Assembly: GCA_965248445.1 (NCBI GenBank)
Contig: CBDFJG010000003.1
Coordinates: 416,001-480,000, forward strand
DNA from: Planctomycetota bacterium
Lineage (GTDB): Bacteria; Planctomycetota; JAJSAM01; JAJVHW01
Direction of reading: 5' to 3'
Length of the DNA: 64,000 nucleotides
Position numbers and translations under genes: made by a program. This document shows positions 52,287 through 63,859 of the stretch, in pieces. A model generated the notes under the pieces. The model did not search any database. It saw only the letters and a list, made by a program, of their open reading frames with translations, and was not told where the DNA came from. How positions within the stretch are numbered: position 1 is the first letter of the stretch; each line of letters begins with the position of its first letter.

Positions 52287-53470
52287 TTCTGGACGAGCTT
52301 CTTGCGCTCGCTGGTGCAGCGCGGCCTGGAAGGCGTGCAACTCGTCGTCAGTGACGCGCACGGAGGGCTGCGCAACGCGATCGGCAAGGTCCTCGTGGGC
52401 GCGACCTGGCAGCGCTGCCGCGTGCACACGATGCGCAACGTCCTGACCCACGTGCCCAAGCAGCAGCAGGCCATGGTGATGGCGGCCGTGAAGACGATCT
52501 TCGCCCAGCCGAGCCAGGAGCAGGCGCTCGCTCAGCTCGCGCAGATCGTCGAGACGCTCCGGAAGAAGTGCCCGAAGGCCGCCGACGTCCTCGAAGACGC
52601 GGCCGAGGACGTCTTGGCCTACATGGCCTTCCCGTCCGAGCACTGGCGCCAGATCCACTCGACCAACCCGCTCGAGCGCCAGAACAAGGAGATCCGGCGC
52701 CGGACCCGCGTCGTGGGCATCTTCCCCAACCGAGCGTCGCTGCTCCGACTCGTCACGATGCTGATGGCCGAGCAGCACGACGAGTGGCAGGCCGCCGAGC
52801 GGGCCTACATGAGCAAGACCTCGATGGCCAAGGTAGTGGAGTCGTTCACGCCGCCGCCGAGCTTGATGAAGGAGGTGGCCACCGGGTGACCGCGACCGCG
52901 TGGGGAGTCGGCTCCGGTCGGCCCTCCGGGCCTCCCTCCGCCGACTCCCCACGCACGATCACGAACCAACGACTCGCAGATCGAATCTCCACACTTGACG
53001 GGACACCAACGACGAGCACGCGCGGGAGCACCGTCACCTGGTGCCGGTACGGATCGCCGATGCCCTGCTCGAGATCGTCGTGTCCGCACGCGTCGCAGCG
53101 GTCGGGACGGTGGTCCTTGGTCTCATCGACGTTGGACGGATCCACCAGCTCGCGCGCCGTGCCCTCATGGCCCGGCTGTCCGCCCTGCTTGCGACCGCTA
53201 CGCGGCCTTCGGCCGCGACGGCGCTTGGACCACGCCGGGTCCGACGACGGAGGCCTCGAGCTGTTGCGGGAGTCACGCTTCAGACGCGACTCGAGCTCGT
53301 CGATGCGGCGCAGATGCTTCGCTTCGCGACGCTCCAACTCCTCGATCCAGGCCAGAAGGCCCTCGACCATCGCCCGCAGATCCTCGTCCTGCCGCTCGCC
53401 CACAACATCTTGATCGACCGATGGCCGAACGATCTGGATCCTGGCTCGCGACGAAGGGGTGAACGGTTAC

Positions 53471-53597
53471 AGTCGCTCCGCAGCCACCCACAACGCCCCC
53501 TGTTGCTCCTCGCCACGCCTACCCAATGCCATGACCGTCCTCCCGGGCCGATCCCTACTCCTAGGAATCGGCCGGGACGCGGTTTTTCAACACGCTG
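53471..53597 (-). mobile_element. IS1182/IS5-like left-end remnant
   Basis: End CAGCGTGTTGAAAAA after CTAA; GGAGG RBS; ATG 53532 gives MALGRRGEEQQGALWVAAERL, cut by the IS66. Confidence 0.7.
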
Positions 53598-53650
53598 TTA
53601 GACAGACGACGGCCCGCTCAGATTCCCGGCTGGTGAACGATCCGGGCTAG
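53598..53650. repeat. 53-bp inverted copy of 55201-55253
   Basis: Reverse complement CTAGCCCGGATCGTTCACCAGCCGGGAATCTGAGCGGGCCGTCGTCTGTCTAA, one mismatch. Confidence 0.92.
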
Positions 53651-55173
53651 TGATCGCTCAGCGTCAGCGTCAGCGGAAGGTCTTCACGTCTGTCGTGCCA
53701 GGTAAGAAAGCTCGGCGTGAAGACGTTCGACGGGAGTTCCCTACCCACTAGCGTGTTGCGGCGGATGATACGGGCCAGCGTCGACACCTCGACCGCCGCG
53801 ACCATCCAGTCGGGCAGGTAGTTCTTGTAGAAGAACCGGTCGCCGTCGCGAAGGCGTTCGAACTGATCCTTGAGGACCTCGTGCACCAGCTCGCCGACCA
53901 GCGCGCCCCGCAGGTGGTCCTCGGCCAGGCCGCCGACCCACGGATCGATCTCGTTGACCGAGCTGTAGGCGTCGGCCAGGGCTTCCACGACGGCCGGATC
54001 GGAGGAGATGTCGCAGAAGCTGCTGACCGTGGTGAGGCCAAAGTCGGCGCGAACGGTGTTGTAGTCGGGCAGGCCGTGATCACGGCCGCGTTGGATGTTC
54101 AACGCAGCGAGGTCGAAGCCGCCGTCGCCCGGAAGACCGAACAGGAAGTTGCGCACGTCGTCCACCAGCAGGTTGTCGATCTCCTGCGGGCGCTGCCAGA
54201 CAAGCCCGCGCAGAAGCGGCGGCAGGCCGTCGTTGTCCGGGTCGAGCAACAGTTCCGGATTGAAGAACGCGTCGCGGAGGGCGACGTTCCCGGGGCGGAT
54301 CGGGTTCCAGTTCCGGTTCAGCCTGAGCAGCGTGGGCGAAAGCATGCTGTGGCCGAAACGATAGGTGGCGGTCGAGAAGACGTTCGCGATGCGGGGATCG
54401 ACGGAGGGGTCGTAGCCTTCGTATTGCGCGAGCGCGTCCGGTCCCAGCAACGCGGGCAAGAACTCGTTGTATGTGATGGCCTGCATCTCGGCACCCACCA
54501 TCGCCCGCGCCAGCTCGTAGATCGTGTCCCCATCCGCGCACGGGAAGCCTTGGCGGAACCTGGACGCCCAGAGGTTGTGCTCGCGGACGAACAACGTGTG
54601 CATCGCCGTGAGGGCGATCTGCTCGTTCGCCCGCACATCTCCGGCCAGGAAGAAGCCGTCCTCCAACGGCAAGAGACCGGTATCGCTGATCCGCAGCCCG
54701 CCGCTTCCGTCGTTCACGCGCAGGCACGCGGCGGTCGCGGAGTCGGAGCCGTAGACGTTCGAAGCGTCGATCCACGTCGTGATCTGGTTGAGCTGCTGAC
54801 GAATGCGGGACTCGACCGCGAAGACGGAGCGGTCGAGCGGAATCACCGCGGTGCCCGTCCCACAGGGATCGAAGAAGGGGTCACCCGTCGGCACCGGGAT
54901 GTCGAAAGCCTCGACCGGCGTGGCTGTGCCGGTGAGGTCGATGTCGTGGTCGACGAACTGGCCCCACTGCCAGACGAAGTCCGAAACGGGTGAAGAGACC
55001 AGCACCAAATCAATCTGTGCGGCCACGAGGTTGCTGATCAAGCGCGCACCGGGCCGGCCGTCTCCGGACGGCGTGCCCGCACCGTCGCCGTAGGCGACAG
55101 TGGTCAACCGCAGCAGCGGGGTATCGGTGCCGCCGAGGTTCGGGCGGCGGAGATTGTTGCCCGTGCCATCGAT
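53647..55173 (-). pseudogene. Animal-type haem peroxidase (peroxidase-cyclooxygenase superfamily), 5'-truncated
   Basis: IDGTGNNL, WGQFVDHD, GDVRANEQ, RFGHS, NIQRGRDHG, GDRFFY; no start codon between IDG and the in-frame stop at 55201-03. Confidence 0.88.
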
Positions 55174-56815
55174 TCTGAGACACCTAAAGTTGCGGCAGTT
55201 CTAGCCCGAATCGTTCACCAGCCGGGAATCTGAGCGGGCCGTCGTCTGTCTAAGTGCTCGTGCCTGCTAGACTAGTACTTGCACCGACAGGAGCGCCGGC
55301 CCGATGACGCCAGACTGTAGCACGCAGGGCGGGGCGAGGCCGGAGGGAATTCCCCCGGCGCGCGCGAGGCGGCGCAGGGGACCGTGCCGGACCCCGAAGT
55401 CGTGCCCCGGCCGACGCGACGGCGCTTCAGCGCGGCGTACAAGCTGCGGATCGTGCAGGAGGCCGACGCCTGCACGAGGCCGGTGAGATCGGTGCGCTGC
55501 TGCGTCGCGAGGGGCTGTACTCCTCGCACCTGGTGACGTGGCGGCGGGCGCGGGACCAGGGCCAACTCGAAGCCTTGGCGCCCAAGCGGCGCGGTCCCAG
55601 GCCCGACCCGGCCCGGGCGCTCAGGAAGCGCAACGAGCAGCGCGAGCGCGAGAACGTCCGGCTGCGCCAGCGGCTTGAGACCGCTGAGACGATCCTCGCC
55701 GTGCAGAAAAAAGTCTCACGGCTGCTGGGCATCGAGATGCCCGAGACGAGCGGGAGCGACACGTGAGCGCGGCGGAGGACCTGGGAGGACGCGTCGGCGT
55801 CGCCCCGGCCTGCCGCGCGCTCGGCGTTGCGCGTGCCACGCTCTACCGGCGCCGGACGGCACGGGCGTGCCCCCGGCCCCAGCAGCCGCGCCCGCCGTCG
55901 CCGCGGGCGCTCTCGACCCAAGAACGCCTGGCGGTGCTCGCCGTCCTGAACGAGGAGCGCTTCGTGGACCACGCGCCGCGGACGATCTGGGCCACGCTGC
56001 TCGACGAGGGGCGCTACCTGTGCTCGGCGCGCACGATGTATCGCATCCTCGCGGCCGCCGGCGCCGTGCGTGAGCGCCGCAACCAACTGCGTCATCCGGC
56101 GTACAGCAAGCCCGAGCTGCTGGCGACGGCGCCCAACCAGGTGTGGAGCTGGGACATCACCAAGCTCAAGGGCCCGGTGAAGTGGACGTACGACTACCTC
56201 TACGTCGTGATCGACATCTACTCTCGCTGCGTCGTCGGCTGGACGCTGGCTGCGTGCGAGAGCGGCACGCTGGCCAAGGAACTCGTCGCGCACGCGTGCG
56301 ACAAGCAGGGGACCCGCGCCGGTGAGCTGACGCTGCACGCCGATCGCGGGCCGCCGATGATCTCCAAGACGCTGGCGCTCAAGCTCGCGGACCTCGGGGT
56401 CACCAAGTCCCACAGCCGGCCGCACACGTCCAACGACAACGCCTTCAGCGAGAGCCAGTTCCGCACCATGAAGTACCGGCCGGACTTCCCCGCGCGCTTC
56501 GGCTCGATCCAGGATGCGCGCGCCCACTGCCGCGCCTTCTTCGACTGGTACAACCGCGAGCATCGCCACTTGGGTCTCGGACTGCTCACGCCCGAGACCG
56601 TCCACTACGGCCGCGCCGAGGCTGCCCTCGCCGCCCGATCGGTCGTCCTCGACGCGGCCTACCGCCTCCACCCCGAACGCTTCGTCCGCAGAGCGCCGGC
56701 TCCGCCGGCGCTCTGCGGACGAGGTCTGGATCAACCCGCCGGCGCCGCGACCGGAGACGGAGGCGCTCGCTCACTAAATGCGAAGACACGGTGTCTCACA
56801 ATCGTTGACACGTCC
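55171..56815 (+). mobile_element. IS3-family element, copy 2 (orfA frameshifted, left IR clipped)
   Basis: Homologous to 30773-32360; orfB from 55763 with WDIT, HADRG, NAFSES; AAAAAAG at 55707-13; right end GGTGTCTCACAATCGTTGACACGTCC. Confidence 0.88.
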
Positions 56816-56878
56816 CGGGCCCGGGTGTGCGAGCCTGGTGTAGTGACTTCGTAGGACGGAAGCAACGGCGGGTGAAGC

Positions 56879-58357
56879 ATGTCGCGACAGGCTCGGAACC
56901 TCTCTCGTTGGACCGTCGTGGCGCGACTACGGATCGTCGCCATCGTCGTCGGCGCGTTCGTCGTGGTGGGGAGTTGGTCCTCGGTCAGGGCGTACGTGCA
57001 GCGCTTCACCTCGTCCGCCGAGCACGTGGGAGACGCCGGGGGCACGGAGTTCTACTGTCCGATGCACCCCGCGGTGGTGCGGACCGAGCAGACGCCGTGT
57101 CCGAGCTGCGGCATGGCGCTGAGTCGTCGTCGGAGCGGCTTCGCCACCGGCGATGGGCGCATGAACGTCTCGCGATCGATGCTCGCTGCGGCGGGTGTTC
57201 GAACGTCCCACGCTGCGTGGCGGCCATTGACCAGAACGATCCGCGCGGCTGCCACGATCGCGTACGACGCGGACGGTCTCGCGCGTGTCTCATCCCACTT
57301 TGACGGCTGGATACGAGAAGTGCCGGCGGGGACCGAGGGTGACTACGTCTCGCGCGGTTCGACGGTTGCCGTCGTCGTCAGTTCCGACATCGCGGAGACC
57401 CATCAGCAGTTGATCTCGAAGGCCGGCCAGCTCCGACAGCTGGAGGCGCGTGGAGCCACGGCGGGAGTCTCGCGGGTCAAGGGCGAAGTCGAGGCGCTGG
57501 AAACTCAGTTCCGGCTCTGGGGCTTTCAGGACGAGCACATCGCGGAGCTCGCCGGGAGCGACCGCGCCGAGGAGTCCGTCGAGATTCGCAGCCGGTACGA
57601 CGGCGTCGTGACGCGCAGGCACGTGGTGCCGGGCGACTTCGTGTACGAGGGCACACCTCTCTTCGACCTGGCGGGCACGGAGACGATGTGGACGCTGCTC
57701 GACGTCTTCGAGTCGGATCTCCCCCACCTGGCCGTCGGGCTCGAGGTGACCGTGCGGCTCACGTCGAGCCCCGGGACGGAGCTGACTGGAGTGGTCGCGT
57801 TCGTCCCGCCTGAGCTCGATCCGGATCGTCGCACGGCGGTCGTTCGGTGCGAGCTGCCGAATCCCGACGGTCGGCTGCGCGCCGGCATGGTCGCCGACGC
57901 CGAGATCAGGGTCCGTCTGCGGTCGAGAGAGCCGTACCGGTCCATGGAGTACCCAGCGGACGCCACGGTGCGCGTGGTCTACACCTGCCGGCATCACGAC
58001 GTTGTGCAGGACACGCCCGGCGTCTGCACGGCGTGCGGGACCATGCAACTCGTTCGGGAGGAACTCCCCGCCGGGCCGGGGCCGGACGACGTCCTGGCGA
58101 TCCCCGCACGCGCCGTGATCGACACGGGCCGACGGCAGTTCGTGTGGGTGGCCGTCGAGGACGGGACCCTCGCACGCCGAGAGGTGCGAGTGGGGCCGCG
58201 TGACGGGGCGTTCGTGCCCGTGATCTCGGGTCTTGTGCCTGGCGAGCGCGTCGTCTCCGAGGGCGCGTTCCTCGTCGATGCCGAGCACGCGCTCGATCCC
58301 GCGTCTGCGTCCACGTACTACGGAGCCGCCCACACCTCCGCGGACGACGCGAGGTGA
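56879..58357 (+). CDS. CusB-like RND periplasmic adaptor with two heavy-metal-binding domains
   Basis: FYCPMHP..CPSCGMAL and YTCxHH..CTACG; DGWI, LRAGM, IP..AVIDTG, GERVVSEGAFLVD. Confidence 0.88.
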   Translation: MSRQARNLSRWTVVARLRIVAIVVGAFVVVGSWSSVRAYVQRFTSSAEHVGDAGGTEFYCPMHPAVVRTEQTPCPSCGMALSRRRSGFATGDGRMNVSRSMLAAAGVRTSHAAWRPLTRTIRAAATIAYDADGLARVSSHFDGWIREVPAGTEGDYVSRGSTVAVVVSSDIAETHQQLISKAGQLRQLEARGATAGVSRVKGEVEALETQFRLWGFQDEHIAELAGSDRAEESVEIRSRYDGVVTRRHVVPGDFVYEGTPLFDLAGTETMWTLLDVFESDLPHLAVGLEVTVRLTSSPGTELTGVVAFVPPELDPDRRTAVVRCELPNPDGRLRAGMVADAEIRVRLRSREPYRSMEYPADATVRVVYTCRHHDVVQDTPGVCTACGTMQLVREELPAGPGPDDVLAIPARAVIDTGRRQFVWVAVEDGTLARREVRVGPRDGAFVPVISGLVPGERVVSEGAFLVDAEHALDPASASTYYGAAHTSADDAR

Positions 58358-61300
58358 TTCGCGGTCTGATCGAGCACTGCGTGCGGCGCCCGGTCGCGAC
58401 AGTGCTCCTCGCAGTGCTGGCTTGCGGGGCCGGGGCCGCTGCGATGTCGCGGGTGCCGATCGATGCGTTGCCGGATCTCTCCGAGCACCAGGTCATCGTC
58501 TTCGCCGACTGGCCGGGCCGGAGCCCGCAGGAGATCGAGGACCAGGTCACGCGACCGCTTTCCGTGGCCCTTCAGGGGCTCGCCGGAGTGCGCGACGTGC
58601 GTTCCTCGAGCGACTTCGGCTTCTCGATGGCCAGCGTCATCTTCGAGGACGGGACCGACTTCTACTTCGCGCGCGAGCGGGTGACCGAGCGGCTCTCGAC
58701 GGCGGCGCAACGCCTGCCCGCCGGCGTGCTGCCGTACATGGCGCCCGACGCGACCGCGCTGGGTCAGGTGCTCTGGTACACGATCGACGGCAGCGATCAC
58801 GACCTCGGTCAGCTGCGGGAGATCCAGGACTGGTACGTACGCGACCAGCTCGCGTCCGTCGCCGGTGTGGCCGAGGTCGCCGCCGTGGGCGGCGCGCCGG
58901 TGGAGTGGCAGGTCGATGTCGATCCACATCGGCTCCGGCAGTACTCGGTGTCCCTGGGCGACGTGATGCGCGGTGTCAGTGCGAGCAGCTCAGCGATGGG
59001 CGCAGGCGTCGTACATCGCGGCGGAACAGAGTACGTCGTGCGCGGCGTCGGCTGGGTCGAGACCGTCGACCAGCTCGAAGCGACGGTGGTGGCCTCCCGC
59101 GGCCCGGCTCCGATCCGGGTCCGCGACGTCGCGCGAGTGTCACTGGGGCCGGGCTTCCAGCACAGTGTGCTGGAGAAGGACGGTCGCGACGCAGTCGGGG
59201 GGGTCGTGGTGATGCGCCACGGCGCGAACCCCGCGGACGTCATCCGGGACGTCCGCCGCAAGATCGCGGAACTCGCGGACGGGCTGCCCGAGGGCGTCCG
59301 CGTCACGCCGTTCTACGATCGCACTGAGCTGATCGACGGCGCGATCCACACCGCGGGCTGGATGCTCGTCCACGAGATCCTGATCGCGTTCGTACTCGTC
59401 CTGCTCGTAATGCGTCACGTCCGTGCGTCGCTCGTCATCTGCGTCGCGGTCCCCGCAGCCGTGTTGCTGTGCTTCGGGCTGATGTGGCTCTTCGACGTGT
59501 CGGCCAACATCATGTCGCTCTCGGGGATCGCGGTCTCGATCGGTGTGCTCGTCGACCAAGCTGTCGTCATGACGGACAGCGCCATGCACAGCCTGCGCGC
59601 GCGTTTCGGAGACGAGCGCGTCACGGGTGACACGCGCGAGATCGTCGGCGCCGCCTGCCGTCGAGTGGGGCGTCCGATTGCCTTCGCGGTGCTGATCATG
59701 GTCATCTCGTTCCTGCCGGTGTTTGCCCTCGGCGGGATCGAGGGACGGCTGTTCCGGCCGCTTGCGCTGACGAAGACGTTCGCGCTGGTCGCCGTGGGGG
59801 TCGTCTCGGTCACGCTGCTCCCCGCACTGCTGCCCCTCGCCCTACGTGGGCGCATCCGGCACGAGGAGGACTCGTGGGCGGTGCGGACGCTGATGGGACT
59901 GTACAGGCCGGTTCTCGAGTGGCTGACCGACCGGCACCGGCTCGTCATCGGTACGTTTCTGTTGGTGCTGGGCGTGGGCGCCGCTGCGGCGAGCTGGCTG
60001 GGGTCGGAGTTCATGCCGGCGCTCGACGAGGGCACGGTCCTCGACATGCCCGTCTCGGTGCCACGAATCGCAATTCCACAGGCGGCCGCGACCCTGAAGG
60101 CCAGGAATGCGCAGCTTCGCGGGTTCCCGGAGGTCGGCGTGGTGGTCGGCAAGGCGGGGCGCGCCGAGACACCGACGGACCCGAGTCCACTGGAGATGAT
60201 CGAGACGGTCGTGAACCTGCGGCCCCGCGATGGCTGGCCGTATCGCCACCTCGCCGAGGACGCCGCGCTAGGCGAGTTCGAGGAGGTGATCGCCTGGGCT
60301 GTGCAGGACGGGCTGCTGCGCGCTGAGGACTCCGAAGGACTGGCCGCCGAGGCACTCATCGAGACGCGGTCACGCTTCGATCGACGCATGCGGGAACTCT
60401 GTATCGCCGCGCAGGCCGAGTGGACGAGCGCGATCGCGAGTGAACTCCTCCGCGGGTGTCTGACACGGCTTGCCGCGACGATGGGCGTCCCGGTCGAGGC
60501 GGCCGAGAAGTTGGCCGCCAGCGCTGATGACGAGCCTCTGGAAGCGATCTGCGAGCGCTTGGTGATCAGCGTCGAACTACCCGATCTCCGCGACGTGTCG
60601 CGCCGGCTGGGCCGAGTGGTCGCGGACGGTCGGCAGGCTGGACGCGCCGCACTCGTCTCGGAACTCGAGGACCTGCGCGAGGACCTCATCGATCTCCGCG
60701 ACGACGCGTGGGTGCGCCGCAACGACGAGCTCCGTTGGCGGCTGGACGCCCAGGCTGCCGGGATGTTCGCGTCCCTGGCGCTCGACGTCGTGGCCGAGGA
60801 GGCCGAGCGTCGCGGCGTCCTCGTGCGGTCTCCGACGGACGAGGACAGGCGCGGCGTGGCCCGCTCGCGGTCGGGCACGTCTCGGCCGGTGCTGCGTCGG
60901 AAGTCGAAGCAGGACCTGATCGAAGAGCTGGATCGCGACCTGCGGATGCTCGGATGGGCGAACATCTGGACGCAGCCGATCGTGAACCGCGTGGACATGC
61001 TCGCCACCGGCATCCGCACGGAAGTGGGCGTCAAGGTGTTCGGCCCCGACCGCGCGACGATCCATCGCACGGCTGTCGACGTGGCGGGCGTGCTCGCCCG
61101 CGTGCCCGGCGCTGCGGACGTGTTCCCCGAGCAGACGATGGGCAAGCTGTACATCGACGTGGACGTGGACCGCGAGCGAGCCGCGCGCTTCGGCATGAAC
61201 GTCGCCGACGTACTCGAGACTGTCGCTACCGCCGTGGGCGGGCGTGCGACGGCACAGGCGATCCAAGGCCGCGTCCGCCGATCGATCCGAGTGCGCTACA

Positions 61301-62330
61301 TTCGCGATGCGCGGACCAGCGTCGAGGAGATCGAACGCGTTCTGGTGGCCACGCGGACTACGCCGGTGGGAGGAACCCAGCATCCCGATCCGATGCAACC
61401 GCCGAGCGGCGACGATGACGACAAGTCACAGCGACGCACGGCGCACGCTCACCACGGGGGCGGCGCCGGCGGCGCTTCGTCGTCGAGCGGGGGTGCCATG
61501 GGCTCGATGGCGGATGACCATGCGAGCGGGCCGGCTGGTGTCCAGCACGTCGAACTCCGAGAGATCGCGGCTGTGCAGGTGGTCGAAGGCCCGCCGGTCA
61601 TTCGCACCGAGAACGGACAGCTTCGCAGCTACGTCCAGCTGAACGTCCGAGGACGGGATGTGGTCGGCTTCGTCGATGACGCTCGCCGCGCCGTGGACGA
61701 GCAAGTTGTGCTGCCCGAGAGCGTGCATCTGGAGTGGGGAGGTCAGTTCCAGCACAGGTGCGCGCCAGGAAGACGCTGACGCTGGTCGTACCGCTGGTCG
61801 TCTTGCTGATCTTCGGCGTGCTCTACCTCACGTACCGGGACGCTGCGCACGCAGCGCTCATCTTGCTCGCCGTCCCAGGCGCCCTCGCCGGGGGAGTGAT
61901 CTTTCAGTGGATCCTCGACACCAACTTCAGCGTCGCCGTCTGGGTGGGCTTCGTTGCGTGCTTCGGCATGGCGACGGAGACCGGCATCGTGATGGTGGTG
62001 TACCTGCGGGAGTCGTTGCATCGCGCGCGCGACGAGGGACGGCTCACGTCGATCGATGCCGTCCGGTTGGCCGTCATCGACGGCGCCGTGCGGCGCTTGC
62101 GCCCGAAGCTGCTCACCGAGCTGACCACTGTCCTCGCCCTGGCCCCGATGCTCTGGGCCGTCGGCCCTGGCGCCGACGTGATCCGTCCCATGGCCATCCC
62201 GGTGATCGGCGGCATCCTCGTGGCCGACGAGTTCATCGACCTGATGCTGCCTGTGTTCTTCTTCCGCGTGGAGCGGCGGCGCTGGATGCGCCGGCAGGCG
62301 GCCGCAGCCAGTCCCGAGGCCGCGCGGTAG
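58354..62330 (+). CDS. cusA: CusA/CzcA heavy-metal RND permease, one-base frameshift near 61755
   Basis: DALPDLSE, IEDQVT, PDATALG, GRAET.TDP, WTQPI..RVDMLATG; the C-terminal TMs continue in ORF 61734-62330 (QVRARKTL, FGMATETG, RLRPKLLT). Confidence 0.85.
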
Positions 62331-62652
62331 TCTGCCGCAAGCGGCTGCGCCGCATCGACAGCGTCGGGCCGCGGCCCCGCTCGGCGTCCCGTTCGCAGTC
62401 GCGGTCGGGTGTCGGGCGCCTTGGACTCGGCGGCCTCTCGGAGAGTGGCGAGGCGTTGGTGATGAGATGAGATCCCGTCTTCTCGACCAAGGTTCTTAGA
62501 GCGTTGTTGGCGCTGCCCGCCTCGCCTGCGCGCGGGGACCGCGCTCGGCGGGCCGCGAGGACAGGTTGGGTGGTGCGACGCCTTCGCCTGTCGGCTCCGG
62601 CATGAATCCGGGGCGGCGGAGCGCGCGCGAGTTCGCTCGGAAGACTCGTGGC

Positions 62653-63852
62653 TCATGCGGGCACCTGCGTGGCCGACGTGGCCACGGGTGTGGGCCGGGG
62701 GACGAAGGGCTGTTTGTTTCGAGCCACCCAGTGGACGGCGACCAGGAGCTTTCGCATGGACGCGACGAGGGCGACCTTCGGGAGCTTGCCCTGGGACCGA
62801 AGCCGTTCGTAGAAGGCGCGCAGCCAGGGGTTCCTGCGCACCGCGGTCAGGACGGGCATCCACAGGGCCCTGCGCAGCCGGGCGTGCCCGATGCGGGTGA
62901 TGGCGGCGCGTTGGCCCTGGTTGCGTCCGGACTGCTTGAGTGCCGGGACGACCCCGATGTATGACGCCAGCGCCTTGGCGTCGCGGAAACGAGTGATGTC
63001 GCCCAGCTCCGCGACGAGCCGCGCGGCGGTCTGTGGCCCGATGCCGTCGATGGTCGTGAGGAGCTTGCCGACCTCGTGGTGCTCCAGGGTTCCCCCGATC
63101 AGCTTCTCCAAGTCGCGAAGGCGCCGGCGCAGCAAGTCCAGATCCTCGCAGGCGTACCGGACCTGAGTGCGATAGGCCTCGGCGTGGTGGCGGCCCACGG
63201 ACGACTTGGCTGCACGGACCAGGTCTTGGGCAAGCTGCCGCCCGACTCGGTGACGTCCGTCGTAACGGAGCGCGGCGAGTCGCTTGACCGAGACACCCAC
63301 AAAGGCCTGCGCGGTGGGATGGCGGTTGAGCAGCGCCGTGGCGAGTTCGCTGTCGAGGGTGCGGACGTGGCGTGTGAACTCCGGGAAACCCAGGTCCACC
63401 AAGCGGTGAAGCCGGCGGACCCGGTCTCCAAAGTCCTGGACCACGCGATCCCTGAGTCTGACGAGCTCGCGCAGTTCCTCGGTGCCGGAGTCGGGCAGCC
63501 GCGTGGGCTCCGGGCGTTTCTGGCGAGCGAACCGGGCGAGCCCGAGGGCGTCGATGGCATCGGTCTTGGTCCGCTGCAGGTCCTCGCCGGCGAAGCGGTG
63601 GGTCCGCAGCGGATTGATCAGCACCATGGCGAAACCGCGCGAGAGAAGCTCCGCCGCCAAGTTGCGCCAGTAGTGCCCGGTCGCCTCCAAGGCCACGAGC
63701 ACGTCTCGAGGGACGCCGAGCAACTCGAAGAGCTCCTCGTAGCCCTGTGCGTCCTCACCGAAGGCGGTGGGCCGCACCAGGATCTCTTCGTCCTCGTCCA
63801 TCACCGCCACGACGTGCTTCTTCGAAGCGATGTCTATCCCCGCGTAGCGCAT
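62653..63852 (-). CDS. IS110-family DEDD recombinase/transposase
   Basis: GGAGG RBS and ATG 63852; GID, LEATG, KTDAIDA; IDGIG, QSG catalytic Ser, MRKL. Confidence 0.95.
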   Translation of the reverse strand: MRYAGIDIASKKHVVAVMDEDEEILVRPTAFGEDAQGYEELFELLGVPRDVLVALEATGHYWRNLAAELLSRGFAMVLINPLRTHRFAGEDLQRTKTDAIDALGLARFARQKRPEPTRLPDSGTEELRELVRLRDRVVQDFGDRVRRLHRLVDLGFPEFTRHVRTLDSELATALLNRHPTAQAFVGVSVKRLAALRYDGRHRVGRQLAQDLVRAAKSSVGRHHAEAYRTQVRYACEDLDLLRRRLRDLEKLIGGTLEHHEVGKLLTTIDGIGPQTAARLVAELGDITRFRDAKALASYIGVVPALKQSGRNQGQRAAITRIGHARLRRALWMPVLTAVRRNPWLRAFYERLRSQGKLPKVALVASMRKLLVAVHWVARNKQPFVPRPTPVATSATQVPA

Positions 63853-63859
63853 CGTGCAC

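Larger units (their letters stand above)
49998..53010 (+). mobile_element. IS256-family element; transposase (50126->52889) split by the inner IS66
   Basis: TSD GACGAGCA at 49990-97 and 53011-18; YRNG, YLWLDA, SDAHGGL, WQRCRVH, STNPLER. Confidence 0.93.
48950..53470 (-). mobile_element. Outer IS66 (ISBst12-like) element; transposase (53403->48982) split by IS256
   Basis: Perfect IRs GTAACCGTTCACCCC; NSSRPPSSD, DETSW, SDRMGAY, QLCWAH, TNNAAERAVR; no TSD. Confidence 0.92.
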
